A stretch of DNA of 25,952 bases from Christensenellaceae bacterium (GTDB lineage: Bacteria; Bacillota; Clostridia; Christensenellales; Borkfalkiaceae), in assembly GCA_045660505.1 (NCBI GenBank), contig JAZRDW010000010.1:1-25952 (forward strand). The letters are read 5' to 3'. Below the pieces are notes generated by a model, which was given only the letters and a program-made list of their open reading frames with translations, was not told the DNA's origin and did not search any database. Below, in pieces: positions 9,362-17,741 of this stretch. Made by a program: the position numbers and the translations under genes. Numbering within the stretch: the first letter of the stretch is position 1; every line of letters begins with the position of its first letter.

Positions 9362-12195
9362 CAGTATTCAATCTCCACTTCCATAGATAATATTTCAACA
9401 GGGTATATGTCATTTTCAATAGTAAATGTACAATCCCTTGTTGGTCTTTGTGGTCGTACGTATGATACCAAATTACCTTTCCTACGTCCATATTTTTTAT
9501 TTATTGTTAATGCATCGTGTCGGCTTTCGCTTGTCAACGCAATATCAATCCTAGCAATAGACTTGTATTCCGACATTGTAATACCACCGATATTCATTGG
9601 ATTTGAGTGGAATACTTGGTGTATATTATAACCTATTTCAGATATTCCTTGTGGTTTGCTTGGAATTGTTATCTGATTGTTTTCGCAAGTGTAAGCATCC
9701 ACAAATTCGCCATTTTCATCATATACGTTCAGTAATGTGTTCTGATATTGTGGCAATTCCAGTGTGATTACACCCGATTCTTGGTTATACTGGAATAATC
9801 TTGTAGAGTGTGCTGTTTTTTTGCTCTGGTCTATGCGTTCCAGTGTTGTATAACCTGCACGACTGCTCAATAACAAGACGTTTTCTTCGTTCTGTACTGA
9901 TTGTAGGAACTTTACCCCTGTGGCACTTCTGCGACAGAATCCTTGAATATTGTGGTCTTGCAGATAGTTTCCAATAATCAAATTACCATTTGCATCACAG
10001 ATATACAACAATGTGTCGTCTTGTGAATCACGTCCACGCTTTAAGAACAAATCATGAATTTCAACATCCAACAAATCTGTGAACATTGAAATATATGGTG
10101 TCATATAACTTGCGGATTGTTCGTTATAGATAAACCCAATGATTCCCTTGCCGTTTTTAGGACAGAATAAAGTTGTTCCATTGGCTGAAATAATAGGTTT
10201 AACACCGTTTGTACCCATTTGAGAGTTGCGCACAAATCCAGTTGTTCTTGTAATTGTCTGTGAATCCATTAACCATTCAGACACGTTTGTAAATATCTGT
10301 ATGCCCTGATTTAAGCAGAAAGCACGTATAGATTCTTTTTGGTCTGAACCGATAACCAACTGGAAAGCAGATGTTGATAAATAGTCATCTGTAAAGTTGT
10401 CGTATTCCCCAATATTAGAGAATAACACCTGTTCCTGATTATACTGCGTTCCAAAGATAACCAATCGTTGCTGATAGAATGTAATTAAATTAGGATAGTT
10501 CGTATCACTGGTTGGATTATCATCTGTATTTGGCAACGCGCCGCTTAAAGCAGGTGTCATTGACATTGTAATCTTAAAGCCTTTTGCGGGCGCATCTTTG
10601 GTATAAACTTTGTCAAAGCCTACAATGGTTGGGCCTGATATTTTTGTAACAGAGTACTCTTGACCCGATGCAGTTCCTTCTATATCTGTAATTCTAACAA
10701 CGCCTATTGCAGATTCTGAATCAAAATTAGTTCCAAGTAATTTAGATTGTGCATATTTGGTTGGGTCAAGTGTTGCTGGTGCTGTTATTTTGAATAGACT
10801 TGTGCCTGCTGGTGTAATATTTATAATCCCTGTTGCTGCTGATACCGCAAACCCAGTTGTCGGATATTTTGTATCTTCTCCGACCGACAAATAAAACCAT
10901 CCACCTACATATTCATAAGTTTCATTGTCCCACAAATTATTTGTTATTGTCGTTGTATCTGATGTATTTATTGTCGTAAAGATTTTAACATATCCGTTGC
11001 CTGAATTTTTTGCAATAGCCCCCGGGTCTGTCGCATCTCCATCTGTGCCTGTACTGCGATATGAACTAATTCCACCATAAGTTCCACCCCCATTACCACC
11101 GTATATAACTGGAACTACTGTGCTTTTAGAGCCGCCCCATTGTCCAGCACCGCCACAGGCTTCATATACAACGCCGTCTGCTACAACTGATGTAGAACCA
11201 CCACCACCACCGCCAATTCCTTCCGATATACTCCTTCCAGACGTTCCTGAATGGTATCCTGCGCCCCCAGAAACTCCGTTTGCGGCGGTAGCAACTATAC
11301 CTGTTATTGTTTTGTTTGAAACTTCTAATGTCTTACTAAGAACGCTACCTAAGCCTACACGCCCATAATCAGAGCCTTTAACAGATTTGCTACCACCAGC
11401 CCCAGCAAATTGTATTTCTATAACATTATATTCATTTGGTATGGTATAAGAATATTCCCCTGGTGTTGTATTCTTGTACAATAACATAGGGCCATTAGGA
11501 TAAAAATCCATTGGCCCGACCCAACCATCATTAGTTTTTTGATACACAGACCAAGGAAATGTTTCACTTGGTATATTTTCCGTCTGGTTGGGCTGAACAT
11601 AAGTTCCTACTATCCAACCAGTGTCTAATGTTGGTAAAATTGTATTTGCTTCTTCTTGTGAGTTTATTGTTTCTTTGGTTCTATATACCGATATTTCTGC
11701 ACTTGGTTTTACAACATTAGTCACTTTCATAACATTTTTAGCAGGAATAATGTAAATGCTGTATGATAATTTGTTGTTTGTAATACCGATTCGTACCAAC
11801 GGATTGTCGCCAGTAGCCAACAACACCAATTCTTCCTGCTGTGCTATGTTAGAACGTTCATAATTCTCTTCTGTGATGTATGGAAATGAAATCTGGTCTA
11901 ACTGGTTGCCCTGATAATCAAATAAATACAGTTTTTGATTTGTTGCATCAAATGCCAGTGTTGCTTCTTTGTTATCTGATAAATGGATAGTGTGTAGTTT
12001 TACCTTGGCATCCTTACCAAAATTGAACATAAATTCAGTACCGGCAACTGTCTGCAAAGCACCGTATTTAGTGTTGTAAAAGTTGGTTATTTCCTGTCCA
12101 GAATCGTCTAAAATACCAATATCGGTACGTTCTGCGAGGTTCTTGCTGATTTGCCCCTTAGAGATTTTAAGGTATTTTTTTACACTTCTAGCCAT
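9361..12195 (-). CDS. Tail tubular protein B (nozzle) with Gly-rich insertion
   Basis: 944 aa. N-terminal motif NFYNTKYGALQTVAGT; YPNLITFYQQRLV...VLFSNIGEYDNF and AFQLVIGSDQKESIR...GIQIFT are typical of podovirus nozzle proteins. Follows tail tubular A. Confidence 0.8.
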   Translation of the reverse strand: MARSVKKYLKISKGQISKNLAERTDIGILDDSGQEITNFYNTKYGALQTVAGTEFMFNFGKDAKVKLHTIHLSDNKEATLAFDATNQKLYLFDYQGNQLDQISFPYITEENYERSNIAQQEELVLLATGDNPLVRIGITNNKLSYSIYIIPAKNVMKVTNVVKPSAEISVYRTKETINSQEEANTILPTLDTGWIVGTYVQPNQTENIPSETFPWSVYQKTNDGWVGPMDFYPNGPMLLYKNTTPGEYSYTIPNEYNVIEIQFAGAGGSKSVKGSDYGRVGLGSVLSKTLEVSNKTITGIVATAANGVSGGAGYHSGTSGRSISEGIGGGGGGSTSVVADGVVYEACGGAGQWGGSKSTVVPVIYGGNGGGTYGGISSYRSTGTDGDATDPGAIAKNSGNGYVKIFTTINTSDTTTITNNLWDNETYEYVGGWFYLSVGEDTKYPTTGFAVSAATGIINITPAGTSLFKITAPATLDPTKYAQSKLLGTNFDSESAIGVVRITDIEGTASGQEYSVTKISGPTIVGFDKVYTKDAPAKGFKITMSMTPALSGALPNTDDNPTSDTNYPNLITFYQQRLVIFGTQYNQEQVLFSNIGEYDNFTDDYLSTSAFQLVIGSDQKESIRAFCLNQGIQIFTNVSEWLMDSQTITRTTGFVRNSQMGTNGVKPIISANGTTLFCPKNGKGIIGFIYNEQSASYMTPYISMFTDLLDVEIHDLFLKRGRDSQDDTLLYICDANGNLIIGNYLQDHNIQGFCRRSATGVKFLQSVQNEENVLLLSSRAGYTTLERIDQSKKTAHSTRLFQYNQESGVITLELPQYQNTLLNVYDENGEFVDAYTCENNQITIPSKPQGISEIGYNIHQVFHSNPMNIGGITMSEYKSIARIDIALTSESRHDALTINKKYGRRKGNLVSYVRPQRPTRDCTFTIENDIYPVEILSMEVEIEY

Positions 12196-12207
12196 TTTTA
12201 CACCCCA

Positions 12208-12804
12208 TTAAACAAATTCAAACTGGTGGATAGATGAACTGATGTCATCATGAACATCCATTTCAAAATCTTTATTGCCTAATATAGTCAAATCTATATC
12301 GGCTTTCTGGATTAAGAAATTCTTTTGGTCTGCACCAACGCCACCTAAATCAGCGGCTTCTGCTGCAATAAATACTTCCAAATATTCACGTACCCAAGGG
12401 TCTAAATCTTCTTCCGATACAGAACCGTCTATGTACGCCATTGTGAATTGTTTAAGGTTAGTGCGAATCGAACGACCAACGATAGATACGCTGTTGTGTG
12501 CATTGTTTCTGCGTTCTGGATCAACCCAAAATCCAACAGCAGATAAGAAATTACATGGTACGCACGCTTCATAACGATAACGACCGTCTTTTGGGTCTAT
12601 TGATTCGTCTGTGTCAATCGTGACGTACTTTATAGCACTTTTCCAAGGATAGTTATTCAAAGCACGTTTCTTTAACGAATCATAGATTTTTAAGACCAAA
12701 TCTTCCGGACTGTTCTTTGTTATGTTCTCAAAATCTGGCAAGGTGTCATATTTCCAGTATTTTAAGAACATATTTGTTAAAAGTTCTTTCTTTGCTTCGT
12801 TCAT
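12208..12804 (-). CDS. Tail tubular protein A (adaptor/gatekeeper)
   Basis: 198 aa. ALNNYPWKSA...RYRYEACVPCNFL resembles the adaptor W-x-FA...Y-x-LP-x-D motif. Coupled to the portal by TAATG. Confidence 0.75.
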   Translation of the reverse strand: MNEAKKELLTNMFLKYWKYDTLPDFENITKNSPEDLVLKIYDSLKKRALNNYPWKSAIKYVTIDTDESIDPKDGRYRYEACVPCNFLSAVGFWVDPERRNNAHNSVSIVGRSIRTNLKQFTMAYIDGSVSEEDLDPWVREYLEVFIAAEAADLGGVGADQKNFLIQKADIDLTILGNKDFEMDVHDDISSSIHQFEFV

Positions 12805-14360
12805 TATGCGTTCCCTTGCTGTTCAATTAGTTTTGCCATTGCTTTGGATTGTTCTTTGTTAGAATCAACCTGCATCTGTGCGTTTTGCGCCTGCTGAACT
12901 GCCTGTGCTTGTGCTTGGGCATCTGCCTGCTGTGCCTTTGTGATTTCATCCGCTGTGCGACTGATTTCAACTGGCACATTCCACGCACGACCCAATCTTT
13001 CAAGTGTCTTATTGCGGTCAAGTGCCTGCCAGATTGCCTGTGGGTCAAAACTGATATTGTTGATATATCCTGTAATCTTCTGTATCAGATTGTTGTCCAT
13101 TGTTGCATCGTTGTTGATGTTGCATTCCAACATTTCATGCATATCTTCCAGTGTAAAGTTGACTGTGCCTGCGATTTCACGATTGAATATATCATCAAAC
13201 AAATCCCAACCGATGCCTTTCAGTGTATCTGTCAGCAATGCTACATTAACGTTCGCTGTTTCTCCATACGGTGTGATGCGGGCATTTACTTCTGCCGCTG
13301 TCATATCACGTGGAACGCTTGGTAATGTAGAATCCAAGAATGTTTCCTTAATTGCAATTTCTTCTGTCTGTAATTCCAGTTTGAAATCAGACCGATTCGC
13401 ACCAAGTGTTAATGGTTGGAATCCTTGCATATCACGAACCGTCAAGAACCCACCCGGTTTGAATGTTAAGTTCTTGCTTAATACATTTCCAGCAGTGGTT
13501 AAGAACATTGGGAATTGGAACGGTATCAGTTCCAAATTCGCCTTGATGAACGAATTCAATCTTTTCAATGCCGGCAATGCTTTTAATGCTACACCTGCTG
13601 AATATGGCATATCTGCAATTCTTCCCCAGTGGAATATGTGATATGGACTAGATTTATATATGCGTGTCAGCAGTGTTTCAGAGCCATAACGCAGATAATA
13701 TTCATACTGACGTGTCGATTCGTTGTAATACAGTACGTCATTAAGTTTGATTTCTTGATATTTTGTAGCACCATCTACACGAACACCACCGATTTCCTGT
13801 TTATTTGCTAATTCAGGCCATGTAATACCAATCTGATATGCTGGCATCTCAAATGAACGACATACCGTCTGATGCTGTTCTGTGCCTAATTTATACTGTG
13901 TAAATGGCAATTTCTTAAACTGTGTGCCATATAAGCCATCTTCACGCATAATAACGGCTGTACCTGCTGCCAAGTCATAATATGCATCGTGCAGTGTTTT
14001 ATCTAATCCTACACTTTCTTTTATTTCATTTACACGACTGCTCATACCTGCTGCAAAATCACGCAACTGCTGTATATAATCAGATGATAATGATTTCTTT
14101 GGTTCAAAGTTAAAATATGCCTGTCCAATAGGGGATAATTTGTTTTGGATACGTGCTACAAATATATCCGTACCTGTTTTACCTGCCTGTGTGAACAGAC
14201 GAACCTGTTTTAAGTTCCCCGGATTGCCGCCCTTTGGTCTATAAATAATATTGCGTTCAGGTTGCGTATAGGCATTTGCCATATAGTATTCGCTATCCCA
14301 AGACGTTTTGTTGCTGTCGCACGTTGCGACCAGTTTATTCAATTCAGTAGAACTTAACAT
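12804..14360 (-). CDS. Portal (head-tail connector) protein, T7/Bbp21-like
   Basis: 518 aa. Typical size and motifs (DLAAGTAVIM, YSAGVALKALPALKRLN, PRDMTAAEVNAR) and a Q/A-rich C-terminus. Confidence 0.88.
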   Translation of the reverse strand: MLSSTELNKLVATCDSNKTSWDSEYYMANAYTQPERNIIYRPKGGNPGNLKQVRLFTQAGKTGTDIFVARIQNKLSPIGQAYFNFEPKKSLSSDYIQQLRDFAAGMSSRVNEIKESVGLDKTLHDAYYDLAAGTAVIMREDGLYGTQFKKLPFTQYKLGTEQHQTVCRSFEMPAYQIGITWPELANKQEIGGVRVDGATKYQEIKLNDVLYYNESTRQYEYYLRYGSETLLTRIYKSSPYHIFHWGRIADMPYSAGVALKALPALKRLNSFIKANLELIPFQFPMFLTTAGNVLSKNLTFKPGGFLTVRDMQGFQPLTLGANRSDFKLELQTEEIAIKETFLDSTLPSVPRDMTAAEVNARITPYGETANVNVALLTDTLKGIGWDLFDDIFNREIAGTVNFTLEDMHEMLECNINNDATMDNNLIQKITGYINNISFDPQAIWQALDRNKTLERLGRAWNVPVEISRTADEITKAQQADAQAQAQAVQQAQNAQMQVDSNKEQSKAMAKLIEQQGNA

Positions 14361-14371
14361 AGTCTAAATCC

Positions 14372-14962
14372 TTACCCTAAAACAATTGAACCTACATTCA
14401 AATCTGCGCTTGTAGCGCCACCACTGCCTGCTTGATAACCTTTTGTAATATTTTTAGTCAGTGATTTCTTTGTTGCCAACAGTTCAGACCTGCGTGCTTG
14501 ACGTGATTTTTCTTCTTCTGCTGCGACTTTGGCATTATATTCTGCATTTGCTTTGGCATATGCCGCTGCATCTTCTTTTTCTTGTTCTATTGCTTTATAT
14601 TCTTGGTGGCCTGAATATCCCGCATAAGCCGCTGCACCTATCGCTTCCCCGGCACTAAGAACTCCATGAAGTGTTGGTGCCGCTGTCGCTGCTGTTGCCC
14701 CAGCCGCCGTTGTGCCTGCTGCTGTTGCACCCCAAGGCCCTAAAACCATTGCAGCTGCCATTAGTGCTACATTATCCCATCCACCAACATAATCAACTGC
14801 TTTTTTTATATCTCTGTCTGCTGACGATATGATATTAGATACAAAGTTGTGTTTGCCTAATACACCTTCTGTTGCTTCTGCAATAGTTCTGCCTAAACTA
14901 CGTTTCCCTCTTACAACGTCCCAACTTTTTGATAGCCAACCGTTATGTCCAAGTAATCCCAT
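14372..14962 (-). CDS. Hypothetical virion-associated protein with Ala/Gly hydrophobic segment and coiled coil
   Basis: 196-aa ORF directly upstream of the portal, a position often held by small ejected virion proteins in podoviruses. Confidence 0.6.
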   Translation of the reverse strand: MGLLGHNGWLSKSWDVVRGKRSLGRTIAEATEGVLGKHNFVSNIISSADRDIKKAVDYVGGWDNVALMAAAMVLGPWGATAAGTTAAGATAATAAPTLHGVLSAGEAIGAAAYAGYSGHQEYKAIEQEKEDAAAYAKANAEYNAKVAAEEEKSRQARRSELLATKKSLTKNITKGYQAGSGGATSADLNVGSIVLG

Positions 14963-14985
14963 AATAGCACCTACATATATTGTTT

Positions 14986-15006
14986 GGGGGTGTATTTACC
15001 ACCCCC
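14986..15006. other. GC-rich intergenic hairpin without U-tract
   Basis: GGGGGTG-N7-CACCCCC just after the stop of 15012..15263. Confidence 0.55.
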
Positions 15007-15011
15007 GATTA

Positions 15012-15263
15012 TTACATTGCTGTCAGAGTCAATACGCCCTGTGCATCGTCTTTCGCATAGTATTCAGTTTCTGAACGACCAGTTACCAAACCCTGTTCAT
15101 CACGAGTGATTTCAACTTTGATAACTTTATCCCCAGCACCAACACCTGCATCTTTTGGAATATAACCTGCGCCTGTGACAACGTCAGATGTTTCCAATGT
15201 CCAGATGTGAGATAATGGAGAATAACTAGAAACGTGTACTAATTTTGTTCTATCAAAAGCCAT
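15012..15263 (-). CDS. Small beta-rich protein next to the capsid gene (possible decoration/cement protein)
   Basis: 83 aa with strong RBS AAAAAGGACTAAAA. Located immediately downstream of the major capsid gene. Confidence 0.65.
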   Translation of the reverse strand: MAFDRTKLVHVSSYSPLSHIWTLETSDVVTGAGYIPKDAGVGAGDKVIKVEITRDEQGLVTGRSETEYYAKDDAQGVLTLTAM

Positions 15264-15285
15264 TTTTAGTCCTTTTTAAGTTAAT

Positions 15286-15307
15286 CTGGGGCTGTTTCCA
15301 ACCCCAG
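15286..15307 (-). other. GNRA-capped hairpin after the capsid gene (weak terminator or 3' stabiliser)
   Basis: Minus-strand CTGGGGTTG-GAAA-CAGCCCCAG: 9 bp with one G-U, followed by ATTAACTT rather than a clean U-tract. Confidence 0.6.
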
Positions 15308-15318
15308 TGGGTTAAACC

Positions 15319-16236
15319 TTACTGCAATGGAGTTGCATCGATTTTGATACCGATTACACCGGTCTTATCGATAATCGCAGCACCAGAAGAACCGTTGGTC
15401 TTAAATACCAATGGATTGCCTTCTTTCGTCAAGTCTTGGAAGATACGTGACTGTAATGTGTCGTTCATACCAAAACCAACACGGCTACGTTTCCAAGCAA
15501 AGCCCAAGATTGAGCCATCTTCTGCGATTGGCAAACCAACTTTGTTGTTCGCCTGTTTCTTCGCCATAAAGCCAATCATGAAGCCACGATATGGTGTCCA
15601 ACGCAACATGTTGTCTGCATCGCCAGACTTGCCAACGTTGTCAACCAATGCTTTACCATTAGTCAAAGACCAGATTTCATAGAACTTTTCGTCCTGCATC
15701 AGTGTGTACTGTGCTTCGAATGGCAACAACAGGTAGCGGTCAGCCATACCCCAGTTGTTATTACCAGCCAACAAGTTCAGTTCGTCGATAGTTTTTACTG
15801 TGAATGGTGTGTCAGCAGAGCCGATTTCCATTTCTGTGTCGTCATACTGTGCCAATGCTTCCAGAACGTCAACTGTAAAGCGATTTTCCATTGCGTTATA
15901 AACCTTTTCAGCGGCCATAGCACGGATAGAACTTTCGCTGTTTGTCGAGTTCAAATCTTCTGGGAACAGTTTAGCAGATGCTTCATACGCATGAATATCT
16001 GCATTTACAGTGCGAACCAACAGGTCATCTGGGGCAATTGGAGAACCCTTAGATGTACGTTTTGCCATACCGTCTGTATCGCCGATTGGGAAACGAATCT
16101 GATTACCTGTGATAACACCTTTGTTGTTTGTTGCCATACGCAAACCGTGTGTTGCGTTCAGCATCAGGCGTTGAACTTCTGGGTCAAAGTACTTTACGTC
16201 CAACAACCCCTGTGAAAAACCTTGTAAATCTGACAT
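15319..16236 (-). CDS. Major capsid protein (HK97 fold, podovirus type)
   Basis: 305 aa. GVITGNQIRFP...G, DRYLLLPFEAQYTLMQD and FMIGFM segments are typical of podovirus coat proteins. Has a dedicated strong promoter, RBS AAGGAC and a downstream hairpin. Confidence 0.82.
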   Translation of the reverse strand: MSDLQGFSQGLLDVKYFDPEVQRLMLNATHGLRMATNNKGVITGNQIRFPIGDTDGMAKRTSKGSPIAPDDLLVRTVNADIHAYEASAKLFPEDLNSTNSESSIRAMAAEKVYNAMENRFTVDVLEALAQYDDTEMEIGSADTPFTVKTIDELNLLAGNNNWGMADRYLLLPFEAQYTLMQDEKFYEIWSLTNGKALVDNVGKSGDADNMLRWTPYRGFMIGFMAKKQANNKVGLPIAEDGSILGFAWKRSRVGFGMNDTLQSRIFQDLTKEGNPLVFKTNGSSGAAIIDKTGVIGIKIDATPLQ

Positions 16237-16335
16237 TTTATTAGTCCTTATGTTAAAAAGTTGTTAATTGGGAGTGTTGTCAAAACGGTTTTAGAGAATT
16301 CTATAAAAGATTGTTCTCTCGCTTTGGTCGTACTA

Positions 16336-16363
16336 ATTATAGCAAATATTAAAATTCTTTCAA
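16336..16363 (-). promoter_or_regulatory. Strong sigma70 promoter for the capsid/structural operon
   Basis: TTGAAA (16363-16358), 16-nt spacer, extended -10 TGcTATAAT (-10 hexamer at 16341-16336). Confidence 0.75.
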
Positions 16364-16365
16364 AT

Positions 16366-16441
16366 AAAAAATTGGCGCATGCAGAGAGAGAATGTCGTAG
16401 AGAAAAGAGAACCGATAAAGTTCCTGGGTTAAGCACGCGCC
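16366..16441 (-). ncRNA. Candidate small RNA 3 (about 70-76 nt), end-paired with pyrimidine-rich interior
   Basis: Predicted +1 (G16441) is the first base of GGCGCGTGC, which pairs with GCATGCGCC (16382-16374; G-U on this strand only). AATTTTTT follows. The interior contains CTTTTCTCT...TTCTCTCTCT. Confidence 0.5.
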
Positions 16442-16447
16442 TTTTTT

Positions 16448-16477
16448 ATTATATAGCATTTTTATTTGGTATGTCCA
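16448..16477 (-). promoter_or_regulatory. sigma70-type promoter overlapping the HNH 3' end
   Basis: TGGACA (16477-16472), 18-nt spacer, TATAAT (16453-16448). Confidence 0.55.
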
Positions 16478-16734
16478 TGTCTTTTTGCTTCTAAGTCTAA
16501 CCACAACTTATACTCTTCAAAAGTTAGTGCGCCTTTCTGCGAATTGCATGTTTTATGAGCCATGCGCCAGTTGCTAGAATCATTTCTTCCTGAACGGCTA
16601 ACAGGTGTTAAATGTTCGATGTTATAATCTTTGATTTTATAAATGGGTTTTCCACAAAGACAGCAATATGCTATTTTCATTTCGATTTGCATTTCACAAA
16701 TCTTCTTGAATTGTTTTCTTGTTATTTCTGGCAT
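16462..16734 (-). CDS. HNH endonuclease
   Basis: 90 aa: CCLCGK...NIEHLTPVSRSG...NWRMAHKTCNSQKG, a classic Zn-binding HNH signature. RBS AAAAGGA. Confidence 0.92.
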   Translation of the reverse strand: MPEITRKQFKKICEMQIEMKIAYCCLCGKPIYKIKDYNIEHLTPVSRSGRNDSSNWRMAHKTCNSQKGALTFEEYKLWLDLEAKRHGHTK

Positions 16735-16766
16735 TTTTTATCCTTTTAACAAGAAACATTACCGGT

Positions 16767-16904
16767 TTACTTCTCTTGACACCCTAAATCTTCTTCATAT
16801 ATTTCTTCATATAATCCCATAGAAAGCATAGCAATTGCCGCTGCAAGCATCACAACGCTGAACGCAAGAAAAACTATTAAAATGATAGATAATGCTAATA
16901 TCAT
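16767..16904 (-). CDS. 45-aa single-pass membrane peptide (not in ORF track)
   Basis: Hand translation: MILALSIILIVFLAFSVVMLAAAIAMLSMGLYEEIYEEDLGCQEK. ATGA overlap with the stop of 16901..17161. Confidence 0.6.
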   Translation of the reverse strand: MILALSIILIVFLAFSVVMLAAAIAMLSMGLYEEIYEEDLGCQEK

Positions 16905-17161
16905 TTCTTTTTAATCACTTTCTGTGCGGTTTCTGCTATAAATTCTTTTGCTTCAAATAATCTTGTAAATATGTAAGCAATCAGTCCAACAAGGGCAGGC
17001 GAAGTTCTAACCACCGCTTCCCAAAGTGTGACTTCGCCCACAGTGTCCATAGACCAAATTGCGGTAAATGGTGTTAGCAATAAACCTAAAAATAAAGAAA
17101 AACGTGCAATACACGGTTCATTTACATCGTCTAAGAATAAGCCTTTTATGAATTTTCTCAT
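16901..17161 (-). CDS. Putative holin (two TM segments, basic C-terminus)
   Basis: 86 aa with two hydrophobic helices and a KVIKKK tail. ATGA-coupled to the upstream gene. Confidence 0.6.
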   Translation of the reverse strand: MRKFIKGLFLDDVNEPCIARFSLFLGLLLTPFTAIWSMDTVGEVTLWEAVVRTSPALVGLIAYIFTRLFEAKEFIAETAQKVIKKK

Positions 17162-17529
17162 AATCTTTTTCCTAACAGTTCGAATACAAGTTTTTTTGTT
17201 ATTGTTGTATCTTCTTTAATGGCTTCAAGTTGCGCACTTATTCCGGCATTTAATACATTTAAGTCAGATATATTTTCGTCTATACGTTTAAAATGTTCAT
17301 CTGATTTAGTTATATGTTCGGATAAGTGTTTCTCACAATCAAGTATTCTTGCAGGAATTTCTGTACTAGTTTTGTAATACCAAGTAAAGACAGACAATAG
17401 CAACGCACCAACAGGTAATACCCATTGCCAGTTATTCCAAATCTTTTTTAGTCCTTGCATTATAAGCCCTGCTACCTTCCTATATAGGATGATAGCAGGA
17501 ATTAAGAAAAATAACAACTTATTTTTCAT
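17158..17529 (-). CDS. XhlA-like/holin-associated membrane protein (TM plus coiled coil); alternative start at 17460
   Basis: WQWVLPVGALLLSVFTWYY TM followed by a heptad coiled coil. Second in-frame Met at 17460. Confidence 0.6.
   Translation of the reverse strand: MKNKLLFFLIPAIILYRKVAGLIMQGLKKIWNNWQWVLPVGALLLSVFTWYYKTSTEIPARILDCEKHLSEHITKSDEHFKRIDENISDLNVLNAGISAQLEAIKEDTTITKKLVFELLGKRL
17468..17499 (-). promoter_or_regulatory. mRNA hairpin between the two possible starts of 17158..17529
   Basis: CCTGCTATC-A-TCCT-ATAT-AGGA-A-GGTAGCAGG: 13 bp with G-U on the mRNA strand, ending 7 nt before ATG 17460. Confidence 0.6.
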
Positions 17530-17732
17530 TAGACTTTATGTTTTTCGTCTTTCATAACAGTTTCAACCGCATAAGCCAATTCTAACAAAGCCTTCAACGT
17601 TTCTGCCACTTCCTTGCTTTTGTGCAAAGGCTGGTCGCCTGTTGCTGACAAGTGTGGGCGGACACGAGATTCATAGTCGCGTTGGACATAATTGCGTGCT
17701 TCATCTGTCATACGTCTGATATAGTCGTTCAT
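17529..17732 (-). CDS. Hypothetical helical protein, last gene of the Cys/Gly-rich cassette
   Basis: 67 aa, RBS AGGAGA. Confidence 0.75.
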   Translation of the reverse strand: MNDYIRRMTDEARNYVQRDYESRVRPHLSATGDQPLHKSKEVAETLKALLELAYAVETVMKDEKHKV

Positions 17733-17741
17733 AGCGTTCTC

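Noticed and set aside
15263-15330. T7 gp10A/10B-style frameshift extension of the capsid protein
   Set aside because: No slippery heptamer was seen near the stop, and the downstream 83-aa gene has its own strong RBS.
633-15682. Many plus-strand ORFs up to 272 aa (for example 1833..2651, 12940..13641, 15245..15682)
   Set aside because: They lie antisense to well-supported structural genes, lack RBSs and have the Ser/Ala/Ile-rich composition typical of shadow frames.
16373-16441. tRNA-like reading of small RNA 3 (ends ...GCGCCA, contains GGTTC)
   Set aside because: No cloverleaf can be formed, GGTTC is in the wrong position and the unit is too short between the acceptor arms.
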